This document shows, in pieces, positions 49,087 to 59,520 of a stretch of DNA of 64,000 nucleotides. Positions within the stretch are counted from its first letter, which is position 1. Every line of letters starts with the position of its first letter. Location of the stretch: positions 14,966-78,965 of the forward strand of contig JAGCCZ010000031.1 in NCBI GenBank assembly GCA_017651425.1, in the 5' to 3' direction. The notes under the pieces were generated by a model. It had not been told where the DNA came from. It made no database searches and saw only the letters and a program-made list of their open reading frames with translations. The position numbers and the translations under genes are program-made. The stretch comes from Bacteroidales bacterium. GTDB taxonomy: Bacteria > Bacteroidota > Bacteroidia > Bacteroidales > WCHB1-69.

Positions 49087-49257
49087 TTACTCAAGGCTGA
49101 TGGCCTCGCACGGGCAAACATCGGCGCAAGCGCCGCACTCGATGCAGAGATCAGGGTTGATGGAATAAGCAGCACCTTCAGAGATAGCTTCTTGCGGGCA
49201 TTCGCCAATGCAAGTGCCACATGCGGCACAGAGATCCGGGTTGATTTTGTAAGCCAT
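49087..49257 (-). CDS. 2[4Fe-4S] ferredoxin (56 aa)
   Basis: MAYKINPDLCAACGTCIGECP...CIECGACADVCP; own TATTTTTG promoter at 49291-49298. Confidence 0.95.
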   Translation of the reverse strand: MAYKINPDLCAACGTCIGECPQEAISEGAAYSINPDLCIECGACADVCPCEAISLE

Positions 49258-49337
49258 TTTTTTAAGTTTTAGTTGTTGTTTTTTCGGCGGCAAAAATACA
49301 CTTTTTTTTGTACTTTTGCCCACTAAAAATCAACCCT

Positions 49338-51944
49338 ATGGAAAAAGCCAAAGAGACCCCTTTAATGCAACAATACAACCGTTTTAAGGCGCAGCATCCC
49401 GATGCGATTCTCTTATTCCGTGTGGGCGATTTTTACGAGACATACGGTGACGATGCCGTCACCTCCTCCAAGATTTTGGGCATTACCTTGACCAAGCACG
49501 GCAAAGGTCTCACACAGACACAATTAGCCGGGTTTCCGTATCATGCTCTCGATGTCTATTTGCCCAAACTCGTGCGCGCCGGCATGCGCGTCGCCATCTG
49601 CGAGCAGCTCGAAGACCCCAAGTTTGCCAAAAAGCTCGTCAAGCGCGGCATCACCGAAATGGTCACCCCCGGCGTCTCCATCAACGACAAAGTTTTGGAA
49701 CAAAAGGAGAACAATTTCCTCGCCGCCATCCAGTTTACCGAAAAAATCTGCGGCATCGCCTTCATCGACATCTCCACAGGCGAGTTCTATTTGGCCGAAG
49801 GTGACTATGACTACGTCGATAAGCTTTTCCAGAATTTCAAGCCCTCCGAATTGGTCATCCAAAAAGGGAAAACCAACGCTTTCAAGGAGCAATTCGGCGA
49901 AAAAATCCTGCTCACGCCGTTAGAGGACTGGGTTTTCACCTGCGATTTTGCCAACGAGTTGTTGCTCAAGCATTTTCAAACCTCATCCCTCAAAGGCTTC
50001 GGGGTGGACAACCTGACGCAGGGCATCATTGCCGCCGGTGCTGCCCTACAATACCTTTATGAGACCCAGAATCACAAGATTCAACATATCAACAAGATCA
50101 CCCGCATTGAAGAGGAGCACTACGTATGGCTCGACCGTTTCACCATCCGCAACCTGGAATTGGTGGGCAGTCCGAACGAGAACGCCGTCACGCTCCTGCA
50201 GGTGCTTGACCAGACCCAGACCCCCATGGGGTCGCGTACCCTGCGCAAATGGATGCTCATGCCTCTCAAGGAGAAAGTTCTGATTGACGAGCGCCTCTCC
50301 TTGGTGGAGTATTTCATCAACCAGGAAGATTTAGCCGACGAGCTGGGTTCCACTCTCAAGCGGGTCGGCGACCTGGAGCGCATGGTCTCCAAGATTGCCA
50401 CAGGCAAGATCAACCCGCGCGAGGTGTTGCAGCTCGCACGCGCTCTGCGCGCCATAGAGCGCATGAAGACGCTGTGCGTCCAAGGGGAGCATCCCGCCTT
50501 GGCAAAAATCGTCGAGCAGCTAAACCCCTGCCTCACCATCTGCACCCGCATCGAGAAGGAGATCCAGGAGGAGGCTCCCGTGGTGGTCAGCAAAGGCGGC
50601 ATCTTCAACCGCGGTGTCGATGCCGAGCTTGACGAGCTCTTCGCTCTCGCCACCAACAGCCGAGACGTCCTCGTTGACATCCAACGACGCGAGTCGGAGC
50701 GCACCGGCATCCCCTCCCTCAAGATCGGCTTCAACAACGTCTTCGGCTACTATATTGAGGTCACCAACACCCACAAGTCGAAAGTGCCGCCCGAGTGGAC
50801 ACGCAAACAGACGCTCACCAACGGCGAACGCTACATCACGGAAGAGCTCAAGGAGCTTGAAACGAAAATTTTAGGCGCACAAGACAAGATGCTCGAAATC
50901 GAAACCCGCCTGTACAACAAGCTGTTGATAAGCTTGCTGGATTACATTCCGATGATCCAGTTAGATGCCCGCTTGGCCGCACGGTTGGATGTTCTGCTCT
51001 GTTTTTCCACTGTTTCCAAGGAGAACAACTACACCAAGCCGACCATCAACGAGGGCACGGCCCTGGACATCAAAGGAGGCCGCCACCCTGTCATCGAGCA
51101 GCAACTTCCGCCTGGCGAGCCCTACATCGCCAACGATGTCTTTCTCGACAACACCAAGCAGCAGATCATCATCATCACCGGTCCCAACATGTCGGGCAAG
51201 TCGGCCCTGTTGCGGCAGACAGCCCTCATTGTGCTGATGGCACAGATGGGCTGTTTTGTGCCCGCCCGCCGCGCCGACATCGGCATCGTGGACAAGGTTT
51301 TCACGCGTGTGGGCGCCTCCGACAACATCTCCACCGGCGAATCCACCTTCATGGTCGAAATGAACGAGACGGCCAGCATCCTCAACAATATCTCTGACCG
51401 AAGTCTCATCCTGCTCGACGAGATCGGGCGCGGCACCAGCACCTACGACGGCGTTTCCATCGCCTGGTCCATCGCAGAATTCCTCCACGAGAACGTCCGC
51501 TATCGCGCCAAGGTGCTCTTCGCGACCCATTACCATGAGCTCAACGACATGGCCAAGCAGTTCCCTCGCATCAAAAACTATCACGTCTCCGTGAAAGAGA
51601 TCGACAACAAGGTGTTTTTCCTGCGCAAGTTGGAAAAGGGCGGCAGCGAACACAGTTTCGGCATCCACGTGGCACGCATGGCGGGCATGCCCGCACAAGT
51701 ACTGCGCCGCGCGGAGGAGATTCTGAAACAACTCGAGAAATCGCGCTCCGATGCCAACGGCAACAAAGTGACCATCGAAAAATCAGCTCCCGGCTACCAG
51801 TTGAGCTTCATCAACCTCGACGACCCGCTGCTGCTGGAGGTGAAGGACTTGATCGTGGGGATCGACATCAACAGCCTGACGCCTGTGGAGGCCCTGATGA
51901 AGCTGAATGAAATCCAACAGATCCTGACAGGAAAGAGAAAATAG
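49338..51944 (+). CDS. mutS: DNA mismatch repair protein MutS
   Basis: [49 protein letters not shown]; promoter TACTTTTG at 49311-49318. Confidence 0.97.
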   Translation: MEKAKETPLMQQYNRFKAQHPDAILLFRVGDFYETYGDDAVTSSKILGITLTKHGKGLTQTQLAGFPYHALDVYLPKLVRAGMRVAICEQLEDPKFAKKLVKRGITEMVTPGVSINDKVLEQKENNFLAAIQFTEKICGIAFIDISTGEFYLAEGDYDYVDKLFQNFKPSELVIQKGKTNAFKEQFGEKILLTPLEDWVFTCDFANELLLKHFQTSSLKGFGVDNLTQGIIAAGAALQYLYETQNHKIQHINKITRIEEEHYVWLDRFTIRNLELVGSPNENAVTLLQVLDQTQTPMGSRTLRKWMLMPLKEKVLIDERLSLVEYFINQEDLADELGSTLKRVGDLERMVSKIATGKINPREVLQLARALRAIERMKTLCVQGEHPALAKIVEQLNPCLTICTRIEKEIQEEAPVVVSKGGIFNRGVDAELDELFALATNSRDVLVDIQRRESERTGIPSLKIGFNNVFGYYIEVTNTHKSKVPPEWTRKQTLTNGERYITEELKELETKILGAQDKMLEIETRLYNKLLISLLDYIPMIQLDARLAARLDVLLCFSTVSKENNYTKPTINEGTALDIKGGRHPVIEQQLPPGEPYIANDVFLDNTKQQIIIITGPNMSGKSALLRQTALIVLMAQMGCFVPARRADIGIVDKVFTRVGASDNISTGESTFMVEMNETASILNNISDRSLILLDEIGRGTSTYDGVSIAWSIAEFLHENVRYRAKVLFATHYHELNDMAKQFPRIKNYHVSVKEIDNKVFFLRKLEKGGSEHSFGIHVARMAGMPAQVLRRAEEILKQLEKSRSDANGNKVTIEKSAPGYQLSFINLDDPLLLEVKDLIVGIDINSLTPVEALMKLNEIQQILTGKRK

Positions 51945-51948
51945 ACGG

Positions 51949-53052
51949 TCAGCCGTTCTGCATGGCATACTTTTTGCCCGGCTTGCAGACAATAACCCCT
52001 TTGAGTTCCAAACAGAGCAACAACGCGGCAAGTTTGGAGGGCGTAAAGGCGGGCAGTGACACCGAAAGCTGGTCAATGAGGATTTCGCCGTTCGAGCGGA
52101 TGAGATCGACCACCTGCTGCTCCTCCTCCGTCAGATCCACGAAAAGCGAGGTCTGCACCGTCCTCGGGCGCGAATCCCAATTCATCATCTCGAGCAAATC
52201 CTTGCCGGAAGTGAGCAACGCCGCCACATTCTGGCGGATCAGTGCATGGCAGCCCTCGAAATGGGGGTCGAAAACGGAGCCTGGGAAGGCAAAGACATCC
52301 CTGTTGTACGACTGGGCGATGTGCGCGGTGATGATGCTGCCGCCGCGCAGGGCCGTTTCGACCACCACCACGGCGTCAACCATGCCCGCCACAATGCGGT
52401 TGCGTCGTGGGAAGTTGAGCCGGTCGGGCGGAGTGGCATAGCTGTACTCACTCAGCAACGTCCCGCCATGCTCCACAATCTGCTCCGCCAAACGCCGGTT
52501 CTGATTAGGGTAAATCGTGCCAAGACCGCAGCCCATCACGGCATGGGTCGTCAAACCATACTCGATGGAGCGGGCATGCGCCTCGGTGTCGATGCCGTAC
52601 GCCAATCCGCTCACAGTGGCCACCCCGGAGTCCTTCAGCTCGGAGAGCAGCTTTCGCACGGCTGAACGACCATACTCGGTCGCCTCGCGCGTGCCCACAA
52701 TCGCGACAAGCCGGGACGCATTGAAGCCGTCCTCCCCCTTGTAATAAAAGGCCACCGGCCCATCAGAACAGTTCTTAAGTCGGTAAGGATACTCCTTGTC
52801 AAGATAGAAACACTGCCGCACTCCATTCTTCTCCATCAGCCGGAGCTCCTCATCGACCGACCGACGCAACTCGTCACTGATACGCGGAAACGGAACACTC
52901 TTGGCACGCTTGCGCACATGAGACATCCATAAATCCTTTTTAGTAAATATGTTAGTCGCCGAACCGGACAATTGCAACATCTTTTTCATCGTGGCAATTC
53001 CGTATCCTTCTATGGACGACAAGGCAATACGATAAAACTCTTCTGAATACAT
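51949..53052 (-). CDS. dprA: DNA-processing protein DprA
   Basis: AIVGTR, SGLAYGID, FPRRNRIVAG, GGSIITA, C-terminal winged helix. Confidence 0.93.
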   Translation of the reverse strand: MYSEEFYRIALSSIEGYGIATMKKMLQLSGSATNIFTKKDLWMSHVRKRAKSVPFPRISDELRRSVDEELRLMEKNGVRQCFYLDKEYPYRLKNCSDGPVAFYYKGEDGFNASRLVAIVGTREATEYGRSAVRKLLSELKDSGVATVSGLAYGIDTEAHARSIEYGLTTHAVMGCGLGTIYPNQNRRLAEQIVEHGGTLLSEYSYATPPDRLNFPRRNRIVAGMVDAVVVVETALRGGSIITAHIAQSYNRDVFAFPGSVFDPHFEGCHALIRQNVAALLTSGKDLLEMMNWDSRPRTVQTSLFVDLTEEEQQVVDLIRSNGEILIDQLSVSLPAFTPSKLAALLLCLELKGVIVCKPGKKYAMQNG

Positions 53053-53164
53053 TCGTTTTTTCTATTACTATAATACTATTACAGACTTTTTCGCGTTAAT
53101 TTTATGGTTGCAAAAATAGCAATATTTTGTTTGTAAAATTATTATTAATAAAAAATAAATCACT

Positions 53165-54145
53165 ATGAAAAACAGACTGTATTTTTTACTGGCAATTGTC
53201 CTGTTGACCGTTACATCTTGCAAGCAGAAATCGGTTCCGGCCTTCAAGGTGGACAATTTTTCCACCGGGAAAGCGGGAGAGATGATTTTGGCCATCGACA
53301 CCAATTATTGGACAAAAGCGGCGAGAGCGGAGATCTACAAGGTGATTCAGCAACCGCAACCTGCCATCAACCAGATAGAACCGATGTTTGATGTCATCGA
53401 GTGCAGCAATCGTGACTTCCTGGCCTCCTTCACAAAACATCGCAACATACTGCAATTCGACATCAACAGGAACCATGCAAACAACACGTTCGAGCTCAAG
53501 CGGGATCCTTATACCAGTCCACAAATACAAACGACCATCCGGGGCAACAACGCCGACTCATGCTTGGCGCTTTTCCTCGCCCATAAGGACGAGATCATCG
53601 AGGCCATGTATGAGAACGACATCAAGCGTTTGCAGAATGCGCATCGGAAGCTCAACAAACCGGACCTGGAGAAGAAAATCCATGACAAGTTCGGCATCTC
53701 GATGACAGTACCTGACGGTTACTTTGTTGGCCGTGAGGAGGAGGATTTCCTCTGGCTTTGTTTCCGGACGCCGAAAAACGACCGTTTTGTGATGATCTAC
53801 AAGTCGCCGGCCTACGAGCTGACCACCGAGAACATCGTCTATGAGCGCAACCGCATCACGAAGGCCTACATCCAGGGTGCGGTGCAAGGCGCCTATCCCA
53901 TCGTGGCCGACGTGGAAGGTTTCCCCCTGATGCGCGAAAGGAAGCAGCACTATCACGACGGTGTGGAGCTCAGAGGATTATGGGCATCCGTGCGCGACAA
54001 GATGGGTGGTCCCTTCTACAGTTACACCATGCTCTCTCCCGACCAGACATCCTGCATTACGGTGGATGGTTTCGTGTATGCGCCCCAGGAAAAGAAGCGT
54101 GATTATCTTCGCGAAGTGGAGGCCATTGTGAAATCCATAAAATAA
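53165..54145 (+). CDS. DUF4837-like lipoprotein
   Basis: Lipobox VTSC, STGKAGE, QIEPMFD, ELRGLW...MGGPFYSY, GFVYAP..KKRDY. Confidence 0.75.
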   Translation: MKNRLYFLLAIVLLTVTSCKQKSVPAFKVDNFSTGKAGEMILAIDTNYWTKAARAEIYKVIQQPQPAINQIEPMFDVIECSNRDFLASFTKHRNILQFDINRNHANNTFELKRDPYTSPQIQTTIRGNNADSCLALFLAHKDEIIEAMYENDIKRLQNAHRKLNKPDLEKKIHDKFGISMTVPDGYFVGREEEDFLWLCFRTPKNDRFVMIYKSPAYELTTENIVYERNRITKAYIQGAVQGAYPIVADVEGFPLMRERKQHYHDGVELRGLWASVRDKMGGPFYSYTMLSPDQTSCITVDGFVYAPQEKKRDYLREVEAIVKSIK

Positions 54146-54193
54146 TTTTTTTCTTTGTAGCATTTTTGCACAAAAGTGCATCTATAGTGGGCA

Positions 54194-54748
54194 ATGCACG
54201 GTGATTCAAAAACGCAAAAGCTCATCGAGGGGTGTCTGAACAATGATCGGCAGTCCCAGCGCGCGCTATACGAGGAGTACGCACCGAAGATGTACCCGGT
54301 GTGCATCCGCTACGCGGGCAATGAGGCCGAGGCGGAAGACATCCTTGTGGAGGCTTTTCTCAATGTTTTCACCCACCTGCACGAGCTGAGAAAGCAGAGT
54401 TCATTGAACAGTTGGATCTATGCCACCGTGGTGCGGACCGCGCTGATGCACCTCCGCAAAGAACGGCAGCAGCCCTTCGCGGAGCCGATCGACGCCGCAG
54501 GGAACAACCACCACCCCTTCATTGAGGGGGAGGATGCGATTGTCGCGAAGATCGACGCCAAAGAGGCGATGAGCATCATCGCCCGTCTGCCGGAAATGCA
54601 CCGCATCATCTTCAACATGCATGCCATCGACGACTTCAAATTCCGGGAAATCGCGGATGAACTCGGGCTCAACGCAAGCTCGGTCAGGGTATATTATCAG
54701 CGGGCACGGCAATGGATTCTAACTGAAATGGAAAAACTGAAACTATAG
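54194..54748 (+). CDS. ECF RNA polymerase sigma factor
   Basis: QRALYE, RYA...AEDILVEAFLNVF (region 2), LPEMHRIIFNMHAID...EIADELG (region 4). Confidence 0.92.
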   Translation: MHGDSKTQKLIEGCLNNDRQSQRALYEEYAPKMYPVCIRYAGNEAEAEDILVEAFLNVFTHLHELRKQSSLNSWIYATVVRTALMHLRKERQQPFAEPIDAAGNNHHPFIEGEDAIVAKIDAKEAMSIIARLPEMHRIIFNMHAIDDFKFREIADELGLNASSVRVYYQRARQWILTEMEKLKL

Positions 54749-54752
54749 GGAC

Positions 54753-55715
54753 ATGAAAGAGCTAAAGGATTTATTGGACAACTACACGCAACAGCCGCCC
54801 GCTGGCGGTTGGGAGCGGCTCAGCAACCGGCTGGACATGCTGGCGCCAACAGGCGGCGAGTCTGCGGGAGCCTCGTCGTCGTCCGGCGCAGCGACAGGCG
54901 CGGCAGCCAAAGGTGCGGCCGTGTCCGTTTCCAAGATGCTGCTCATCGCGGGCGCAAGCCTGCTGACCACCGCCGCCGTGGTCACCGCCATCGTGAAAGT
55001 CCACAACTCGAAAGCCGAAGCCCACGGCACTGAACCATCGGATGCCCAACCCGCCATCGTATTGACGGACAGTACACAACAAACCGAAATCCAAGCTGAC
55101 GAGAACACCTTCGTTGTGAAAGGGGCTCCCTCCTCCGACAATCCCGCCACTCCCGCATCCATTGCCGACAACAGCACCGCACCGACGGCCTCCGAAGCGA
55201 AGCCTGAAAATGTGTCTCAACCGAATGTGCCGGCAACTCCATCTGCCGTGGTTCCGACGTCCAATATCGTGGAAACACGGACAGAGGCTCCCAAGCCTGC
55301 CATAGCCCCGAAAACTGCCGCCGCCCGCCCCAACGTGACACCCTCTCTGCCCAACATCTCCCTCCCCGACCAATCCTTCCTGCTGCACCAGCAGCAAGAA
55401 GACCCCGTGGTCCAAAACATGAATCCGGAAGAGATGACCTGGAGCCAGCCCATGAAAATCGAAATCCCGAACGTCTTCACCCCCAACGGGGATGGCATCA
55501 ACGACAACTTCGTCATCCTCGGCCTCGACAACTGCACGCGCCGCGAGCTGATTGTCCGCAACTATGGCGGCACCATCGTCTATCACAGCCGCTCCTACGA
55601 AAACAACTGGAATGGCGACAATTGCCCCGACGGCACATACCGTTATCAGTTCCTGTACAGCAACAACGGCATTGAACAGGAGCTTGTCGGTACAGTGAGT
55701 ATCATCCGGAAATAA
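54753..55715 (+). CDS. Putative anti-sigma-like membrane protein with T9SS type-B (CHU_C/gliding motility-associated) C-terminal domain
   Basis: Cytoplasmic PP..W.RL motif, one TM, Pro/Ala/Thr linker, IPNVFTPNGDGINDNF...WNG...DGTYRY...GTVSIIR. Confidence 0.75.
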   Translation: MKELKDLLDNYTQQPPAGGWERLSNRLDMLAPTGGESAGASSSSGAATGAAAKGAAVSVSKMLLIAGASLLTTAAVVTAIVKVHNSKAEAHGTEPSDAQPAIVLTDSTQQTEIQADENTFVVKGAPSSDNPATPASIADNSTAPTASEAKPENVSQPNVPATPSAVVPTSNIVETRTEAPKPAIAPKTAAARPNVTPSLPNISLPDQSFLLHQQQEDPVVQNMNPEEMTWSQPMKIEIPNVFTPNGDGINDNFVILGLDNCTRRELIVRNYGGTIVYHSRSYENNWNGDNCPDGTYRYQFLYSNNGIEQELVGTVSIIRK

Positions 55716-55742
55716 TATCCCATGGCGCACGGCCGTGCGCCT

Positions 55743-56606
55743 CTACCGACGATACAGAAACAAGATATTCGACACCCCGCGTTCCCCTTTGTGGTCGTAA
55801 AGACCATTATCGGAGGGGTGGTTAACGATGCCGTTGTCGGGATAACCGTTGACATACATTGTGGTAGAGCCGCCGCCGTCGAGATTGAGGGCATCGCGGC
55901 AACCGAGCCAACGCAACGTGGCGGAAAGCTCGTCAAGCGTCATGCCCTCCGACTGGCGTGTGCGGCCGTCCACCACCAACAGCAGCACTGTGCCGTCGGG
56001 ACGTACGCCCACCGCCGTACGGTTATGGCGCCGGTTGACAAAGGATAGATCGTTGCGCATGGGCTGCATCGAGTCCTGATAGATCAGCAACGGCCCGGCC
56101 GTCATGATGTTGCTGTCCGGCAGCATCCGTTCCCAAAGGCGCGCGCTGTCGGTGCGCAATATCACGGGACGACCGTCGCGCAGCACCATTGTGCCATACT
56201 GGTAATATTTGCGATGCACCGTGTCCTTGCCCGGCTCGTTGACACCAAGCTCCACACCGTCGATACGCAGATGGCAAATCGGATTGTGACGATCCATGTC
56301 GAAGAACGATCCGTTCAGCGCCACAACAGCATCGTGTTCCTTGGCCATGACCGAGACAGGCGTGCGCTTCGGCGCATACGCGAAAGCAAATGAAAGACCC
56401 ACCGTATCCGGAACCTCCACTACGGCAATATACTGATTGCTATGGAAATACTCGCCGTTTGAAAAATGCACCGTCTTCAACACGACACCTTCTATGGTGT
56501 CAACACTCCACGGCGCGCACACCAACGTCAAAGAGTCCTTCTGCCCAAAAACAGACCCGCAAAAGAAGAGGCAGAGGAACACGAATAACAATCTCCAGAA
56601 TCGCAT
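55743..56606 (-). CDS. Phosphodiester glycosidase (NAGPA) family protein
   Basis: ALNGSFF, RHNRTAVG, VVDGR, ALNLDGGGSTTM; signal peptide from MRFW at 56606. Confidence 0.88.
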   Translation of the reverse strand: MRFWRLLFVFLCLFFCGSVFGQKDSLTLVCAPWSVDTIEGVVLKTVHFSNGEYFHSNQYIAVVEVPDTVGLSFAFAYAPKRTPVSVMAKEHDAVVALNGSFFDMDRHNPICHLRIDGVELGVNEPGKDTVHRKYYQYGTMVLRDGRPVILRTDSARLWERMLPDSNIMTAGPLLIYQDSMQPMRNDLSFVNRRHNRTAVGVRPDGTVLLLVVDGRTRQSEGMTLDELSATLRWLGCRDALNLDGGGSTTMYVNGYPDNGIVNHPSDNGLYDHKGERGVSNILFLYRR

Positions 56607-56685
56607 GATATTTTCTTTTAGACAGAGGCAAAAATACAAAAAAAGGTATCATCTTTTTTACTATCTTTGCGGCTTGTTTTACTGG

Positions 56686-57423
56686 ATGAAAAACCAACTC
56701 TGCACATTACTGTTACTCATTGTTTCCCAGATTGTTATGGGACAGACCGGCATCTTTGGCATACCGTGCGAAGATGCACCCACTGTCACCGATCACGAGG
56801 GCAATGTGTATGCGACAGTCCAGTTTGGCCCGCAGTGTTGGATGGCGGAGAACATGCGCTGCATGTCCTCGCCCTCCGGCAAGGATTGGGTGCGGAATCC
56901 GGTTTTTTACCAAGACAGGCCGGTCTATAAATCCTATTTCGTCGCCATTCGCGACGCCTCCTACGGCAATCTCTACAACTGGTCGGCGGCCATGGACTTG
57001 AACATCAACGAGTACAGCTTTTTCCACACAGAGAAGCAGCATCGCGGCATCTGCCCGTCGGGCTGGCATATCCCGTCCAGCGACGAATGGGCTTTGCTGC
57101 TCGAGTCGTTAGGCGGCTCCAACAAGGCCGGTGCGGTGATGAAATGCCATACATCCAAATGGATCAAGCCTGTCATTGCGGAACAGGTGAGCGGTTTTGG
57201 CGCCATCCCCGCCGGCATCTACACCGAGGAGGGACTTCGCCACACCGGCAACTACGCCTACTTCTGGAGCGCCACCACCTACGACCGCCAAAATGCCTGG
57301 GGCTGCGGCCTCTTCAGCTACAACAGCGATTGCTATAACATTTTGGACTATAAGTGCTACGGGCGCTCCGTCAGATGCCTGAAGGACGAGCCGGAAGAGC
57401 AGCTCACCAACTCGGACCGCTAA
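56686..57423 (+). CDS. Fibrobacter succinogenes major paralogous (FISUMP) domain protein
   Basis: DHEGNVYATVQFGPQCWMAENM, YGNLYNW, GICPSGWHIPS, AYFWSAT, GRSVRCLKD. Confidence 0.9.
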   Translation: MKNQLCTLLLLIVSQIVMGQTGIFGIPCEDAPTVTDHEGNVYATVQFGPQCWMAENMRCMSSPSGKDWVRNPVFYQDRPVYKSYFVAIRDASYGNLYNWSAAMDLNINEYSFFHTEKQHRGICPSGWHIPSSDEWALLLESLGGSNKAGAVMKCHTSKWIKPVIAEQVSGFGAIPAGIYTEEGLRHTGNYAYFWSATTYDRQNAWGCGLFSYNSDCYNILDYKCYGRSVRCLKDEPEEQLTNSDR

Positions 57424-58520
57424 ATTTCAGCTTCAGCTTCCTTGAAATCCAACGTGTCGGCAGTTCCCTCGGAATCCTGCCATTGATACGTATCAGGCTC
57501 AATGGCCTTAGGCTTCGGTTGTGCCCAATACCGCTCCACACGCTCTTCGTCCCAATTTCTCCAATGGCCGTAGTCGTATTTCCGGGCCACGTTCACACCC
57601 GACACAATCATCGTGACAATACTTGCCAAGAAGAGCACGAACATGGTCCACAAAGACCATGATGGAATTCTGGAGTCACGGCTGAAAAGACGCACGCAAA
57701 GCATCACCAACGCAACAGCCGGAATCAGCAGGAAGAGGATGACGCTGACGAGCAGAATCACTTCCCACGTGCCAAAGGCCAGCCCGGGCAGCATGTCGAA
57801 CAACAACAAGCAAAGGGCTGCGAACACGCCCAGCACCCCCGACAGAAGCGATATGCCCACGAAAGCCAGGAAAATGACCAACACCACTTTGGCGACAGTG
57901 CCCAATGCGTTGTTGCTGTGCCGCTCCTGCGTATCGTCTTTGGGCTTGAAGTTGCGGATATTGTCGATGGTAGGTTCGACACCCTGCATCTCAAGTTGTT
58001 GCGAAACACTTGTAGCTTCCGGGGCGATGATCCAGACCAGGATATAGCCTAAAAACGTCCACCCCACGCTGATGACGAGCAACAGAAGGAGCAGCACGCG
58101 CACCAAAGTCACGTCCCAGTCGAGATAGGCCGCGATGCCGGCAGCCACGCCGCCAAGACGCTTGTTGCTGCCGTCGCGGTAGAACTTGCGACGCGGGGCT
58201 CGGCCCGGCTGTCCCACTGCGGCATCCTTAGGAGCACTCTCTCCCCCACCCGACTTGGCATCCTCGTCCGCAAACTGGTTGGGCGTGCCAAGCGTCTCGA
58301 TCACCTCCTCCACATCCTTGATCTCCACCACGTTGCGATGCTGCAACTTTTGGTTGAAAAGCTCCGCAATGCGCGCCTCGATGTCGTTCATGATCTCCTC
58401 GCGCTCACTTTCAGGAAAATGATGGCCCAATTCCGCCAAGTAATTGTTCAGTTTGTGGTAGGCATCCTCATCTATATTGAAGACCATACCATTCAAGTTG
58501 ATTGTCAATGTTTTTTTCAT
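57420..58520 (-). CDS. PspC domain-containing membrane protein
   Basis: MKKTLTINLNGMVFNIDEDAY, DIEARIAELF, YRDGSNKRLGGVAAGIAAY, YILVWIIAPEA. Confidence 0.92.
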   Translation of the reverse strand: MKKTLTINLNGMVFNIDEDAYHKLNNYLAELGHHFPESEREEIMNDIEARIAELFNQKLQHRNVVEIKDVEEVIETLGTPNQFADEDAKSGGGESAPKDAAVGQPGRAPRRKFYRDGSNKRLGGVAAGIAAYLDWDVTLVRVLLLLLLVISVGWTFLGYILVWIIAPEATSVSQQLEMQGVEPTIDNIRNFKPKDDTQERHSNNALGTVAKVVLVIFLAFVGISLLSGVLGVFAALCLLLFDMLPGLAFGTWEVILLVSVILFLLIPAVALVMLCVRLFSRDSRIPSWSLWTMFVLFLASIVTMIVSGVNVARKYDYGHWRNWDEERVERYWAQPKPKAIEPDTYQWQDSEGTADTLDFKEAEAEI

Positions 58521-58552
58521 TGTAATATGTTTTTTTGTTCTTGATTCATAAA

Positions 58553-58906
58553 CTACTGTGCGACAACAATGGTGCTGTCAACGCTGATTTTCTCGATGGT
58601 ATGACGGATATCATTCCAAGCGTTCTCCAACTCCCGGAGAAAAAGGCGACCGTCATCGGTAAGCTCGTAATACTTGCGAGGGGGGCCCTGCACGGACTCC
58701 TGCCACTGGTAAGAGAGCAGCCCGCCGTTCTTCAGACGCGAAAGCAGCGGATAGAGCGTGCCTTCTACCACAATAAGGTGAGCCTCTTTCAGCTCCGAGA
58801 TAATATCCGACACATAAGCAGGTTTCTTGTTGATAATAAGCAAGATGCAATACTCAAGAATGCCCTTGCGCATCTGTGATGTGATGTTTTCTGTTGATAT
58901 GGCCAT
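58553..58906 (-). CDS. PadR family transcriptional regulator
   Basis: QMRKGILEYCIL, EGTLYPLLSRL, GPPRKYYELT. Confidence 0.93.
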   Translation of the reverse strand: MAISTENITSQMRKGILEYCILLIINKKPAYVSDIISELKEAHLIVVEGTLYPLLSRLKNGGLLSYQWQESVQGPPRKYYELTDDGRLFLRELENAWNDIRHTIEKISVDSTIVVAQ

Positions 58907-58926
58907 AGCATTATTTTTTTGCGCGG

Positions 58927-58965
58927 CAAATATACATTTTTTATAATACCTTGCAATGCAAAATA
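58927..58965 (-). promoter_or_regulatory. padR promoter (-7 TATATTTG at 58927-58934) with palindromic candidate PadR operator (TTGCA-A-TGCAA, 58951-58961)
   Basis: Promoter consensus plus dyad symmetry over the expected -33 region. Confidence 0.5.
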
Positions 58966-58978
58966 CTAAAAAAATTTT

Positions 58979-59472
58979 GGTAATGATATAGATGTTGACC
59001 TACAGTTGGTTTGCTATTCTTGTTGAAGAACAAATGCAAATATTTTCTTTGTCCGCACAACAGTGCGGACACCTCATAACTCCCCTTCTGTTTTAGAAGG
59101 GGTGGCCGCAGGCCGAGGTAGTAACATAAAGAATTATAATACTTTATAAAAGAAGCAACCACCATTAACGGCATCAGAACCAAAGACCGCTATGTCCAGA
59201 ATCTCCCTGTGAACATATATTTGTCGGGTTATGCTCGCACGAATCGCAAGGCGAACAACAAGGATGGCCTAACGGCCAATCTTTTATATTAACTACCCCG
59301 CCCTTCGGGCACCCCTTCTGAAAATCAGAAGGGGAGTTGGCGCCTTGTGGCACGAAGGTGCCACAGGTGTTTATGGGGTGTCGCGCCCGTTGTATTAGTC
59401 TCTCTGGGTCAACTTCTATATCATTGCCTAATAATAACAAACCAACCACAGGTCAACATCTATATCATTGCC
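58979..59472. repeat. Nested inverted repeats: outer 58979-59022/59429-59472, inner 59078-59122/59292-59338; extra motif copy 59407-59428
   Basis: Direct reverse-complement comparison of both pairs. Confidence 0.85.
59146..59292 (+). pseudogene. Probable relic of a DUF559 (Vsr-like endonuclease) gene, N-terminus only
   Basis: Reads IKEATTINGIRTKDRYVQNLPVNIYLSGYARTNRKANNK... with ATA in place of ATG; resembles from memory the 'NLPYN..L...AR..RK' N-terminus of Bacteroidota DUF559 proteins. Confidence 0.45.
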
Positions 59473-59520
59473 TTTTTTTATGGTATTATCCCTTCTGGTC
59501 TTGTAAAATCAACATTATGA

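Noticed and set aside
49338-53052. Competence island (dprA, mutS, ComEB-like deaminase)
   Set aside because: These are widespread housekeeping genes, not co-transcribed, with no DNA-uptake genes nearby.
58972-59000. dif/Xer site
   Set aside because: Only partial resemblance to TTATGTTAAAT; the conserved TTAT is missing and the left arm is not conserved among copies.
59451-59472. Fluoride riboswitch (GGCAATGAT start on minus strand)
   Set aside because: The downstream pairing and pseudoknot elements are absent and there is no fluoride-related gene.
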